Part shown: positions 1 to 13,221 of the stretch, in pieces
How positions within the stretch are numbered: position 1 is the first letter of the stretch
Layout: each line of letters begins with the position of its first letter
From: Octopus sinensis
Taxonomy: Eukaryota
Reading direction: 5' to 3'
NCBI RefSeq assembly: GCF_006345805.1
Contig: NC_043008.1
Span: forward strand, 66,340,001 to 66,404,000
DNA length: 64,000 bases
The notes under the pieces: generated by a model
What the model was told of the DNA's origin: nothing
What the model saw: the letters and a program-made list of their open reading frames with translations, nothing else
Database searches by the model: none
Made by a program: the position numbers and the translations under genes

Positions 1-879
1 CACACACATCCAGTTCTCCATTCCCTCACTAAGCACTCGTATGTCATATGTTCTCTCTCTCTCTCATTGCTTTCTAGCAGCTGTTCTCTTCTTGTTTAGC
101 CCTAGGCAAGACCTGAATGAGCAAAACCTCTGATCAGATGCTTTCAGCCTTTGACTATCAAGTGTGTGTCTCTCTCCTGAGGACGGTAGCAAAGTTTAGC
201 TGCTGTTTCTAACAGCTTGGAAGACTACTTAGAGACATGCTTGTCCGTGCATTGTTCATGCTCTGTTTTCGAAATGCTAAACTTTCTGAGAATCCATCAT
301 TGGATTGATGAGGCATCGATGACTCATATTTATGAGTTCAAATCACATTAGGGCCAACTCTTGTTGCCTCTATACTGTGTATCACAAGTTGCCTTTCCGT
401 TTATTTTAGCACTGTATAAACTCCGTGTATAACCCCAAATAATTCATGATATATATATAATCATCTGATGATCACTTCGATTTTAGAATACATCGTTAAT
501 ACTAATTATGGCCTATTCTGCCTTATCGGTATGTATGTATATATGTGTGTGTGTGTATAAGTGAGCGCCAGTATATATAAGTGTGCAGGCATGTGCGCAT
601 GTATATGAGCGTGTGTGAATGTGGAGTATATGTATGCATGTGTGTGTGATTTAGTTCTGTATTGATCTCTGCTGGAATGCAAAGCACGTTAAACTTTGCT
701 GTTATCTCAATTCCTCCAAAATGATTTATCTGTCTCCCTCCTCGAATATATGGTGTTTTGCATATTTAACCCCGGATCAATCTTTACAAAGCAGACTTAT
801 AATAAATAACTGTCACATCATTTATTCACTCACAATGCATAATCTAGAATTTTCACTATCCATTGTATCCTTTCATTTT

Positions 880-1100
880 TATTCATATTGTGCACGCGCG
901 TGCATGTGTGCTCAATAGTAACGCGTGACTGAAGGAGAGGAAGATACTAATTTCCATTAGTATCAAGCTTAAGCAAGTTTCTCCACACTACATTATCTGT
1001 TGATTGTGTTGTCACTTCCTCCCCCAGTCTCCGGTCACAGGTTTGCATACTTCCACTCTGCATTCGTCCAATCGATCGATCATCGATCGCACAGGGCTTT
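880..1100. promoter_or_regulatory. Candidate promoter/cis-regulatory segment in a CpG-retaining region
   Basis: Non-repeat and CpG-dense (acgcgcg, acgcgtg, cgatcgatcatcgatcg). ETS-like CACTTCCT at 1013-1020, CCAAT at 1068-1072, 8-bp hairpin GATACTAA/TTAGTATC at 943-964. Function is inferred. Confidence 0.3.
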
Positions 1101-1414
1101 CTTAATGGGATGACATTGTTGCAGTAACATAACATTCTGTCTAACACACACACACACACACAAATATAGGTATGGGCAATTGTTAGAAACCATGTGTTAT
1201 GAAGTAGCTTCATTTCACAACTGTAATAAGTCTGCTACTATTAAGTAAAGGCTGTATCAGTACACACAACATATGCAACACAGTGTTCACAGGGTACGTT
1301 GGGTGTTTTAATACACACAGGATATTTATCGTAATCATGTCTTTTTCTCTGTATGTCATGCCTCATAGTTTCGAGTTATTCAAAGCATCTTCGTGTATTT
1401 CGTGTCTCCTGACT

Positions 1415-1452
<38 letters not shown>

Positions 1453-1587
1453 ATATATGCGCGCGCACACACGTGTGTGATTATATTTTGTTCACTTAAG
1501 ACATAAGGTCTTTTAGAAACTACAGGTGAATGAATAAGAGAAAGAATTGCGTGTTATACATACATACACACACACACACATATACTT

Positions 1588-1636
<49 letters not shown>

Positions 1637-4357
1637 TGGATAAATAGATCTAACGAGATTGGGTTTTTAAATTCGCCGAAAGGAGCACATTTCTGATAAT
1701 TAAATTCTGTTATTTCTTTGAACTTATAATAAAGCAATGCAGAGTGTGGTGGGTGAGAAAAAATACAGAAATTTCTTGATCTGCGAGGGAAATAAATAAC
1801 AATAACATGAAAAAAAAAGACACATCACAATTGAGAGATATCAAATGTCCCAACATTGTGGGCGGGGTGTGTGTGTATATATATTTATATAATGTCTGTG
1901 TGATTGTATGTGTTTGAATTTTCGGTTGATCCTTTAATAAAGATATTAGAAGCCCTAATTCTTGTCCTCTCAGTGTACATACACCCTCCTTCTCCTTTTC
2001 TATCAGATTAGTACTTATAATTCTTTCTTTTATAATTCTTTCTTTTTCTTTCTCTCTCCGTCTCTCAAGCAAGCGCAATTATTAGTAGACGTAAAGTTAG
2101 CTAGCTACGGATGGATGAATGCGTGGATATAAACAGCTTGTTCTTAGATGGGTAGAATGATAAACGAAAAGAAAAAAAATAGACAGATACGGGTGGTGAG
2201 ATACGAAGACAGATAGTGAGTGATAAAGTAGCAAAGATAATTTCCTACACACACACACACACACATACACACATATATATACTGACACACATGTATATGT
2301 AATTTAATATTCATATCTTTTCCTTTTTCCTTATCATCAATCATCATAGACAACGTTTATCTTAGAAAAAAAATACACTCTGGTATCCTCGATGTAGTTT
2401 TTTTTTATGGTTTTGTATTTAATTATTTTATTTAATTCATTCAGAGCTGTCTTGATTTACATATCGAGTATATATATATATAAATATAATTTTCTGCGTG
2501 ATAAGGTCGAGTGGAAGCCGTTTGTTATCTATAATAGTAAAATACGTTTTTAAAGCTACCCCCAAGCCTACTACAATTATTTTTACTGTTATTTAGCCAC
2601 AGGTCAGCCTTGAAGAGCAGATCTTTTCTCAAATCCTTTTCAACCGTGTTTATACCACTTTCCTTCGAGACATTATGCGGCATGACTATAGATTAGTGCC
2701 CCAGACTGTTTTTTTTTGTCGTTCTTTTTGTTTTTTCTCATGTCTTTCTGAAAAATTGGGTACTTTTAAACGAAACTTTGCGGAGATAAGTTTTCGAGAA
2801 TGTAGATTACAATTATGTGAATAAAACTGAAGACATAAGAGTCTTTTGGGGGACTTTTGGATCGTTCTTTTCTCTTTTTTACTCCACTCCATAACTTCGT
2901 TACATCCAATTTCCGCAACTATAACAATTTTCACTTTTATTTCTTTCTGATTGATATGTTTAAAACATTGTTATTTAGTCTACTGTCTATAAAGCATATT
3001 TCTGCAAAACTTCATTCAAAAATATTTTAAAGAGAGTTATGAGGAAACAAATTTGAGTGGGGGATCGGAATAATACAAAACTCGTACATTTTTTTTTTTC
3101 TTAGTGAAAATCGTGCGGGTGAAAGTATCAAAATTTACCACCTATAGTTATACCCATTATTCTAGTGAAACTTGACCAGTGTTGCTTTAATTCTTGGTTC
3201 ACTAAGCAATTTCCAATGCCCCGTAAATCAAGCACCCATGGTTTACTGTCAATGTACAAATACAATAAAGCCTAGTGCGTTAATTTGCCAGAAGCCTATA
3301 AAGCTGCTAAGACAGCCTTGGATTTGGCTGGTTTTTGTGCCAAGTCAAAACGAACACAACAAGGTTCTTTTTGTTTTGAAGTTTCATTGTTATTTGTGTC
3401 AACTGATGTGATTAAACAATCTTCTTACTGACAGTTCCCTAGTGAGAGTGGTGGATTCAACTAGTTCAGTTACTTCGAGGAGGTGGAATAACTGGTACCT
3501 GGAGAGAAGAAGCCAGGCAAGGGCTTGTGCTCTGTAAAAGGCGATATATGAAGATGTTCTAAATTATTCTGGGTCCGGGAATCGAACCCACATCGGACCA
3601 CTTCATTTACTTCCCTTATCATCTCAAACCGGAAATCTTGTTCCTTCTCTATCAGAGAGATATCGATAAAGTAAACGAATATCAGTGATTAAGGTCATTA
3701 AAGTTTGATGGCTCACAACACTAGTTTCGATTCCTAGTTACAGCTATTTTCTTTGAATTGCATTTCTGAAGATATTGGTTGTCATAGTAGTGTCACTGAC
3801 TCCTTGCCGCCGCTCGAATTTAGCTGGTCAATAAAGATATATTTCGTTGGCTGCGTAAATAATAACTGGAGCAAACTCTCGAAAATTTAACTGAAATATT
3901 TATTGCCAAACATAAAGATATTTAGTGTTGGATATTTACAGTGAACAAAATGAATAATTATCAGCTGGGGGAAGAGGAAAACTACACTGAAAATGTGGAA
4001 AGCTGAGTGACAAGATGCAGTCAGTTAAAAATACACGAGGTTATCTGCTCAAATCTCCGTGGTGATACGTGCCCTCAGCAGTCCGTTAGCTATCTGCTCT
4101 CTAAAGTGTGCTCCAAACTTCTTTTTCTTTTTTTATACGGGACCAGAAGCTAAATTTTAGAACATTCAAGAAAACTATATAGTGCCATAGCTTCATGCTG
4201 ATTGGTCGACTTATAGACTGATCACGTGAAACTATGGTGGTTTAATTCGTGGTATTTGACCGAGTATCTAGCGTTGGGTTTCGAATCCTTGCTACAGTAG
4301 AAATGAGAAATTGTTGTAAATAAGTACCTATGTATGTGTATGTCTATGTATGTATGT

Positions 4358-4711
4358 ATCTTTATCTTTTATTTGTTTCAGTCATTAGACTGTTGCTATG
4401 CAGAGGTAACACCTTGAAGGATTTGGTTGAACCAGCTGACACAAGCACTTATTTTTCTTCAAGTCTAGCACTTATTCTGTAGGTCTCTTTTTGTTGAACC
4501 GCCAAATTGTGAAAGCATAAAGAAACCAAGACTGGTTGTCAAATGGTCACACACACACACACAATAAGTTACTTTCAGTTTCTGTCTATAGAATCTACAC
4601 CACAAGGTTTTGGTTGGCCCAGGGCTAGAGTAGAAGAGACTTGCCCATGGTATCAAGTGGTGGGACTGAAACCAGGATCATGTGTTTTGGAAACAAACTT
4701 CTAACCACACC
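4358..4711 (-). mobile_element. SINE family A (tRNA-headed, about 380 bp, central TA/TG tract), CpG-decayed copy
   Basis: Reverse complement of the copies at 15291 and 56795 (ttgtttcagtcatt...gactgaaaccaggatcatgtg). Confidence 0.85.
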
Positions 4712-4974
4712 TAAAGTTGAAATGTCTCTTCTCCAGCCTATAGGTTTGTTGGACCAAACCTTATATCAATTTCCTAACTGTATGAGTGACTAAGAGTACA
4801 AGACACTCTCCTGGGTGAGACACCAGTCCACCAGAGGGTTAACTCCTAGCTGCTTCTGGTAGTTATTTTCAGCTGAGTAGAATGGAGCTACATGAAATAA
4901 AGTGCCTTTGCAAACTTCTTAACTATGCACGATGTCTATGTCTATAAAAAAACATTGACAATATTAATGAGTCT

Positions 4975-5185
4975 AAGGCGGCAAGCTGGCAGAATCATTA
5001 GCACACCAGGCAAAATGCTTAGCAGCGTTTCATCTATCTTTACATTCTGAGATCAAATTCTGCCAAGGTCGACTTTGCTTTTCATTCTTTTGGAGTCAAT
5101 AAAATAAGTAATCAGTTGACTGATTTTTATTGACTTACCCTCTCCCTAGAAACTGCTGGCCTTGTGCCCAAATTTGAAACCAATA
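4975..5185 (+). mobile_element. SINE family B (ggcggcgagctggcagaa...ttctgagttcaaattcc...gtcgactttgc)
   Basis: Matches the copies at 19603, 21753 and 50991 in the opposite orientation. Confidence 0.85.
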
Positions 5186-6296
5186 TTCGTTGAGTTTCAC
5201 ATTAAAGAAGGTTGTGGTAAAAATAAAAATAATAAAAAAATGATTAAATGATAAAGAATTTGATTATTTTTGTGCTAATCTTTACCCAGGCAGAAGTGTC
5301 CAGTACAACTTGACAACAAACAACAATCGTTATCCCAATTATTGTACAATCCCCTTTATGTTATCACTATGGTTACTGTCTAAAATTATTCTGTGTCACA
5401 TTCCTGTGTATTCTCTTAACACATGTGATGACCTAATGTGTAAGATCTTGACAGATATCAGGTTTCAAGGATTAGATTATAGCTTTATAAACATTTGTGA
5501 ATTTGTTCAAAGTGTGACCTTGTTCAAGGGCCATGTTATCTTTTTTGTATCTTCTGAAAATATCTGGTAACCTTTTCATTTTGTGTCACATATTTATAAA
5601 GGTTGGGTGGGGGGGCTGAGTGTCCACTATCATTATGGCTGTTGAGAGTATAACATTAGAGCACATAACTGCTTGTTTGTTGAAACCATAATAAATGCTA
5701 CTGACCTGATTCTCATAACAGAAATCATCCCAAAGCTAGCAATGAAAGTTCCAGAATCTTGAAGCATGTCTTTAAGTACAAAAGCCTTGAGGGGAAAACA
5801 TGCCAAAGACCTAAGTTCTTGTGAGTAACGGTGCCATCTGAGAAGTAGTCTTGCTTGGTTATGTAAGAGTATGTAAGAAGTCAGTGCTGTTGAAATGACA
5901 CTGCTTGTATGGCAGTGTAGTTGTTTATAACTATTGTATCATTTCAAGTCACAAGCCCCCATTTTTTTCATATGTATCAGGCATCTTTCAGTTTCTGTCT
6001 ATGAAATCCATTCAAAAGGGCTTTGGTTGAACTGGAGCTATTGTTGAGAACATTTGCTCAAGGTGCCATACAGTAGGACTGAACCCATTATGTTTTTTAA
6101 GACAGTTGGGGTGTAATTTGAAAGAGGTTTTGACTGCCATTGCTAGATGGTCAAGTAAACACCTAGAGACTCTTTCTAAATTAACCCTAGGTTTGGCCAA
6201 TCCATTAGACCTATAATCAAAGGTCCTAGATCAGTGATCCTATGGTTATGGCTGTCTAGCAATGACCAGTATCTTCTTTACTCATATCATAGACTA

Positions 6297-6780
6297 TTCA
6301 TCATCATCGTCGTTTAACGTCTGCTTTCCATGCTGGCATGGGTTGGACATTTTGACTGAGGACTGGTGAGCCAGGAGGCTGCACCAGGCTCAATCTGATC
6401 TAGCAAAGTTTCTACAGCTGGATGCCCTTCCTAATGCCAACCTCTCTGAGAGTGTAGTGGGTGCTTTTACATGCCACCAGCACAAAGGCCAGTCAGGCGG
6501 TTCTGGCAACAATCACGCTTGAATGTGCCGGTAAGGTGACGCTGGCAACAATCACACTCAAATGGTGCTTTTTATGTGCCACTGGCACGGGAGCCAATCT
6601 GTGGCCCTGGCAATGATCATGCTAGGATATGCTTTTAATGTTCCACTGCCACGAGTGCCAATCAGGCAGTACTGTCATCAGCTACGTCAGTGATTTTGAT
6701 TTGATTTCACTTGCCTCAATAGGTCTTCATGAGCAAAGTTTATTATCCAATGAATGAGGGGTACTCATAAGTAGTCATCT
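6297..6780 (-). mobile_element. 3' tail of an RTE-type LINE or LINE-tail-derived SINE (family C), ending in (GAT)n
   Basis: catcatcgtcgtttaacgtctgctttccatgctggcatggg...ggatgcccttcctaatgccaac is the reverse complement of the copies at 13660-14158 and 63660. Confidence 0.8.
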
Positions 6781-6934
6781 TGTCTAATGTGTTATTCTCA
6801 TTTTTAAAACTGGTTTGCTTTCATCATCTACCAAAATGGTTGACTCAAGAAGGGTGCCTCTACAAGGTGTGCTTAACTTGCTAGAAGTAGCAGTCAGTAT
6901 CCTTCAAATTACACACTGCCATGTTCAAGTGGAA

Positions 6935-7332
6935 GTGTGTGGCTTTGTGGTTAGGGTGTTGGACTCATGATCGTAAGATTGTGGTTTTGATTCCTGGACC
7001 GGGTGATGCATTGTGTTCTTGAGTAAAACACTTCACTTCATGTTAATCCAGTTTACTCAGCTGTAGAAATGAGTACCACTTGTGGAGGCGCATTGCTTAG
7101 TGATTACGGTGTTGGATTCATGACTAAGATTGTGGTTTCAATCTCTGGACCTGGCGATCTGTTGTGTTCTAGGAGCAAAATACTTCATTTCACATTGCAC
7201 CAGTCCACTCAGCTGTAGAAATGAGTTTAGCCTGGAGAGGGATGGGCTCCACCAGGCTTTCTTGTCCTAGACTGACTGCATGGCTGCAGCATCCCAAGGA
7301 CCCCTAAGGGATTAAAGGACTTGTCAGTGTTC
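6935..7332 (+). mobile_element. Dimeric tRNA-headed SINE (family D): two heads in tandem plus a unique tail
   Basis: Two copies of gtggttagggtgttggactc...gtggttttgattcc...ctcagctgtagaaatgagt, then a tail. The same composite occurs inverted at 20565-20962. Confidence 0.8.
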
Positions 7333-7934
7333 AAGAAAAGAAAGTTGACATCTGACAATGTTGTAGAAATCCCTAAAAAAATGGGTTTGGATGGAACGAT
7401 CACAGCTGGAATTCCTTTCGTCATTGGATTACTCAATCAAGTCTTACTTGGAACTAAAGAAGTTTGGTAGCCAATTCTTTTTACATCTACAAGGACTTGT
7501 TCTTGAACTGCTGGAAGTCTAGCCTAAATTGGCTTATTGCTTACATATTGATTTCAAATTTTGGCACACAGCCAAGTAAGTCGATTAGATTGAGGCAAAG
7601 TTGATCTCGGCAGAATTTGAACTCAGAATGGAAAGATGGATGAAATATTGCTAAGCATTTTGTCCTGTGTGCTAACAATTCTGCCAGCTCGCTATCTATT
7701 GCTTATATATAATAGTATGCTGTTCCATCACAAACATTCTTTACTACCTCTAATAAAAGATCATTCAGCTGGCCGAACCTTCACTCAACTACACTCTAGA
7801 ACTATTTGCTCATCAATGCACTCTGTATCTGCTTTCTCTGTCTCTTCTACTACTACTACAACAGTTCCTGCTCTTCCCAGGGTTCAACCTCTGTATCATC
7901 CACTTTCCCAAATAGATTTTCACAGTATAATGGC

Positions 7935-8140
7935 TTCTAATTTTGGCCCATGGTCAGTATTTTCAGGTGAGGTGGGTAAGTCAATTTCACCAATCCCTGT
8001 GCTCAACTGGTACTTATTTTATCAATCCCAAAAGGATGAAGAGCAAAGTCAACCTTAGCAGAATTTGAACGTAAAGATTAACAAAATGCCGCTAAACATT
8101 TTGCCCGGTTTGTTAACAATTCTGCCAATCTCACGGCCTT
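7935..8140 (-). mobile_element. SINE family B, decayed
   Basis: ctcaactggtacttattttatcaatcccaaaaggatgaa...gcagaatttgaac. Confidence 0.8.
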
Positions 8141-9599
8141 GATTTTCACTGTATATTGACAGGATTCAAATCTATATTTTTTAGATGAAGAATTACGCAC
8201 TTTATTTACAATGGTAACAACAAACAAAGTGAGGCTACCTATCTCTCCATTGTAAATGATGTATTGACAGCATTGTTAGTGTCAGGCGTATGTTTTGGTA
8301 TTTATAGATCTTCTTGTTCTGAGTTCAAATCCTAATTGAAGCCATTTGTGACTCACAGCCTCCTGGAGCAAATAAAATAAAGCAAAGCAGCTGTCAAGTA
8401 CTAGAGTTGTTTAAGTTTCTTTAAGCATGAAAATAGGGTCCAGAAAGCTGAATAAATCTCTGTAGTGCTGTTTGTGTTATATAGGTAACTAAGGGGACAA
8501 ACCATAGCAGGTATAGTACACTTGTTTGAATGGAAACTAAAAGAAGCCTGTTGTGTCTGTGTGTGGGTTTACTTTTGTGCTTCTGTGACTTACTTCGCTA
8601 TGGATGTGATATTGCTGTCATTTCCTTTGTCAATGGATTTTTATGGCTTTTACTCATTCAAAAGTGTATGGAATAAGATATTCTTGAAAAGCAGTGAAGA
8701 GTTAGTGGCAGGAAGAGCATCCAGCTGCAAAACAACACCTCAGTAATATAATCCATCTAACCTATGCTAACATGGAAAAAGTGGATGTAATAACAAGCAA
8801 CCTCAATGGGGCTTCTAGGTGGTAATTCAGCCTGCTAAAGATACCAAACAAATCTCCCTCAAATCATGCCTTAGTAGGGAAAAGGACAGATACATTTGAT
8901 AATGTAGTCCTTGATGCGAAAACAAAAAGAATGGCCATGGCTGGATTGGCTTGACTGCTGACCTAAAGCTAAATAATATCACTAATCCAGTGAATAAGTA
9001 ATTTACTCTTTCCTGGTTCTTTGAAAGCTTCATCATCTGCAAATTGTAAACAAACAACAGTTAACATAAAGAGTTGTGTTATCATTAACACATCACTTGA
9101 AAGTAAAATTCTCTTTATCTAGCACTAAACCCTATAGTATCTTCTCTTTATTTATGCATTTTTTAAAGCAATTTGTTGCAGGAAATTGTTTCACATCCTT
9201 AAATTTCCATTTTTTTACCGTAAAGATAGCTTTCGGCAATTTTAGATATTTTGATATTGCTATGCAACCAACACTCCTTAATACCTCTCTCCTATCCTCT
9301 CTCTCTTTTCTGTCTGCTTGTATACCTATCTGCCTAAATATATGTGTATATCTGTAAATATATGTGTATGAGTGTTTGTCTATATATAAATCTTTGTGAA
9401 TATTTGCATGTGTATATATATATATATTAACCTATCTTGTGAGGCGTAAATTTTTGTCCAACCCATGCCAGCAAAGAAAGCAGGCATAAAATAATGATGA
9501 TTAATCAGCAAAGAATCCTTGTTGCATTCATTCACACTGTCTGTATTCTTTCTGAGTGTGTGTATTACACCCTTATCATTTTACATCTATTTCCCAACA

Positions 9600-10020
9600 G
9601 TTTTACGGGTTGTACAGGTTTTCACCTGCACAATCTTGAAACCTGTTACACTCCCTTTTTAACCTCTTTATAAAGTTCAGCTTTCACTTATTTCTATGTC
9701 TTCCATTTGGTTTTTGCTGTCTTTCATACACATGTTTGAATCAGCTCAGTCTCCTCTCTTCTTTCTACACAACATTTGATTTCTCTTGTGCCCAGTTTTC
9801 CTTTCAGCTTAAGTTGTGCTCTGTTGTTCATCCACACTTACATTACATGTTCAACCAAAGCCATCCAGCTTTTGTACATCCTCTGCATTCTGTGTCAATA
9901 GTTTGCTCCCATGCAACTTTGCTCTTCTTTCAAATGCATCATACAATCTGCTCGCTACTCGGAGATAGGATCCTTTTGATACCATCAGAGGTAACAGCCC
10001 TAAATTTTTCTGCTCCCTTT
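9600..10020 (-). mobile_element. Decayed RTE-clade LINE ORF2 C-terminal fragment
   Basis: Minus-strand translation (LLPLMVSKGSYLRVASRLYDAFERRAKLHGS...CNVSVDEQQS) resembles the post-RT region of RTE LINEs (KGRLYDACVRSAMLHGSETW...WMCNVS). Contains stops and frameshifts. Confidence 0.65.
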
Positions 10021-10665
10021 TAACTCAGGCTATCATGTTTTCAGAATGAGGTAAAGGAAGCCATTGGACACATCATGCATTAGTTATCAACTACCTTGAG
10101 AGAGTCCTTCAAGTGCTGTGAACTTCTTGTAGAGACATCATCAATAAACATTTTGAGAGGCCTTCAAGCACTAGCTGTCAACTCTTTCTAGAGATACTAG
10201 CAATAAATGTTTTAAGGCCATTTTACCTGTTAAAATAGAGGTTAGTCTATGTGACATTCATTTGTGCCAATCTCCAGAAGGGACATCTGGCCTTGGATTG
10301 GATTCCTTCTTTGAGAAATTTAGAAATGAACAGAAAAAAGGAGGCAGGAGAGAAAAGATAAAAGTAATAAGGAAAGCTGGGATAAAAATGGTGAGAGATA
10401 GGACAAGAAGATTAGAGATGGTCACTGAGAAATTTGTGTTAAAGTAGACTAAAAAAAAACTGTGTAGTATCACTATCAAATGAAAGAAAAATTAAGAACA
10501 GACGGCAGGTAAAATATTCAGGACAGGATACAAGCAAGATCATACTTTTTTGTCAGTTAATGAGGGAAGGTCAAAGCAGTTTCAATACATGATTCTCTAG
10601 ACATTGATAGCTATATATCTATTCTGCAAGTGAGAATCCTTAATATGTGTGTATGCACATATATT

Positions 10666-10714
<49 letters not shown>

Positions 10715-10724
10715 CTCTATCTAT

Positions 10725-10761
<37 letters not shown>

Positions 10762-11155
10762 GATTTCTTTCTTGCTTGATTAATTTTTCTAACTCTGAAG
10801 TTCTGGATTAGATCATCATCATCATCATTGCCTCACTATTACACTTCACACATTCTCACTCAGATGTACAAAACCATGTCTCTGATTACAGCAATACTAT
10901 AGCAGTTTCCTTTTAAGTGTTATATTTTCAAGCCTATGTGTATATATATATATATATATATGTATGTATATATAACTGTGTGTGTTATGCAAACAAACAC
11001 CATATCCTCTGTTTCCTTAATCATTGAGTTTCTTACTTTGTAATTCTACCTAAAACAGGTGCAGCAATCCTGGAGAAAGCATCACAGTATCTTGCAGACA
11101 TTTCCTTTCAAAATTGGACATTTTGTTCCTATTTTTGCTTTTGTGATCATGACTT

Positions 11156-11850
11156 TAGAATGAGCACAAGGTTACATAGTCTATGACGTGAGCACAGGAT
11201 TACATGGCCTGTGACATGAGCACAAGGTTGCATGGCCTGTGACATGAGCACAAGGTTGCATGGCCTGTGACATGAGCACAAGGTTGCATGGCCTGTGATA
11301 TGAGCACAAGGTTACATGGCCTGTGACGTGAGCACAGGATTACATGGCCTGTGACATGAGCACAAGGTTACATGAGCACAAGGTTACATGGCCTGTGACA
11401 TGAGCACAAGGTTACATGGCCTGTGATATGAGCACAAGGTTACATGGCCCGTGACGTGAGCACAGGATTACATGGCCTGTGACATCAGCACAAGGTTGCA
11501 TGGCCTGTGACGTGAGCACAGGATTACATGGCCTGTGACATTAGCACAAGGTTGCATGGCCTGTGACATGAGCACAAGGTTACATGGCCTGTGACGTGAG
11601 CACAGGATTACATGGCCTGTGACATGAGCACAAGGTTGCATGGCCTGTGACATGAGCACAAGGTTACATGGCCTGTGATATGAGCACAAGGTTGCATGGC
11701 CTGTGACATGAGCACAAGGTTGCATGGCCTGTGACATGAGCACAAGGTTGCGTGGCCATGTGACATGGGCACAAGGTTACGTGGCCATGTGACATGGGTA
11801 CTAGGTTACGTAGCCATGTGACATGGGCACAAGGTTGCGTGACATGAACA
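11156..11850. repeat. 28-bp minisatellite, about 24-25 copies
   Basis: Unit acatggcctgtgacatgagcacaaggtt, with variants (ggatta/aaggttg, gacg/gaca/gata). The minus-strand ORF repeats every 28 aa, i.e. 3 x 28 bp. Confidence 0.97.
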
Positions 11851-12092
11851 CATGGTTAGATATTTGCATATTTGTGGGATGGTAGAGTGCTGTAGATGAT
11901 TGAATCAAATATTCATACTTCACTTCATCAATTCTGCTCTCACTTTCATCTCTCCTACTTTAAAAGATGAATGAAAGACAATGTTGGCCCTTGATGAAAT
12001 TTGAACTCATGATGTAACTAAATATCACTGCAAGACATTTGGTCTACAGCTGTCCTGATTCTACCAGCTCACTTCCACATTACCACCACCAT

Positions 12093-12135
<43 letters not shown>

Positions 12136-12310
12136 CCTTTCTATGATAGGTACAAGGCCTGAAATTAGGGGGAAAGAGACAGGTCAATTACATCAACCCC
12201 ACTGCTCAACTGGTTCTGATTTTATCAGTTCTGAAAGGATGAAAGGCAAAATCAGTTTTGGTGGAATTTGAACTCGAAACATAAGCAGCTGGAAGAAATG
12301 GCACGAAACA
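12136..12310 (-). mobile_element. SINE family B, preceded by (AAT)n
   Basis: atcctttctatgataggtacaaggcctgaaatt...gaaaggatgaaaggcaaaatc...gaatttgaactcgaa. Confidence 0.75.
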
Positions 12311-12414
12311 AAACAAAAGAAAAATTTTTAAAAATTAACATACTAACAAGTTTTCCACCTTGCTACTATTTCTAATAGTAATTATAATAGTTTCAAATTT
12401 TGCCACAAAAAAAA

Positions 12415-12445
12415 AATATATATATGTATGTATATATATGTATGT

Positions 12446-12481
<36 letters not shown>

Positions 12482-13040
12482 ATATGTATGTGTGTGTATA
12501 TGTATGTGTATGTGTGTGTATATGTATGTGTGTATATATGTATGTGTGTATATATATGTATATATATATGCATGTGTATGTATATATATGTATATATATA
12601 TATGCATGTGTATGTATATATATGTATGTATATATGCATGTATGTGTATATATATATATGCGTAGGTATATATATGTATATATGAGTATGTATGTGTATA
12701 TATATATGCGTATGTATATATATGTGTATGTATATATATGAGTATGTATGTGTATATATATGCGTATGTATATATATGTGTATGTATATATATTTATATA
12801 TGTGTGTGTATGTATATATATATGTGTGTATGTATATATATATGTGTGTATGTATGTATACATATGTGTGTATGTATGTATATATATGTGTGTGTATGTA
12901 TGTATATATATGTGTGTGTATGTATGTATATATATGTGTGTGTATGTATGTATATATATGTGTGTGTATGTATGTATATATGTGTGTGTGTATGTATGTA
13001 TGTGTGTGAGTATGTATGAATATATATATATATATATATT
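12415..13040. repeat. Compound TA/TG/TATG microsatellite (about 620 bp)
   Basis: Seen directly; includes 22-bp higher-order units near 12870-12970. Confidence 0.97.
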
Positions 13041-13053
13041 TGTATGTAAAAAG

Positions 13054-13188
13054 TAAAAGTCAAAAGGAAGAGTAAGTATGGTTAGGCAGCTTTTTAATCA
13101 CTACATATGTTTTGATAGGTACAGATACTTGTATATACAGGATTTAAAGTTAAGCTTAAATTAAATGATGTAACATATACATACATAC

Positions 13189-13221
<33 letters not shown>

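Noticed and set aside
5721-5820. AG/GTGAGT-bounded open segment (NHPKASNESSRILKHVFKYKSLEGKTCQRPKF)
   Set aside because: Its phase does not join the next candidate exon, and nearby downstream sequence matches a repeat also seen at about 30260; probably chance or repeat-derived.
11156-11850. Regular 28-bp repeats superficially like a CRISPR array
   Set aside because: The units are contiguous with no unique spacers, there are no cas genes, and the context is eukaryotic.
12360-13063. Many overlapping ORFs rich in Y/I/C/V/M or H/T (also 35013-35663, 42799-43781, 58065-58413, 62983-63412)
   Set aside because: They are translations of TA/TG/CA microsatellites, which lack stop codons in several frames.
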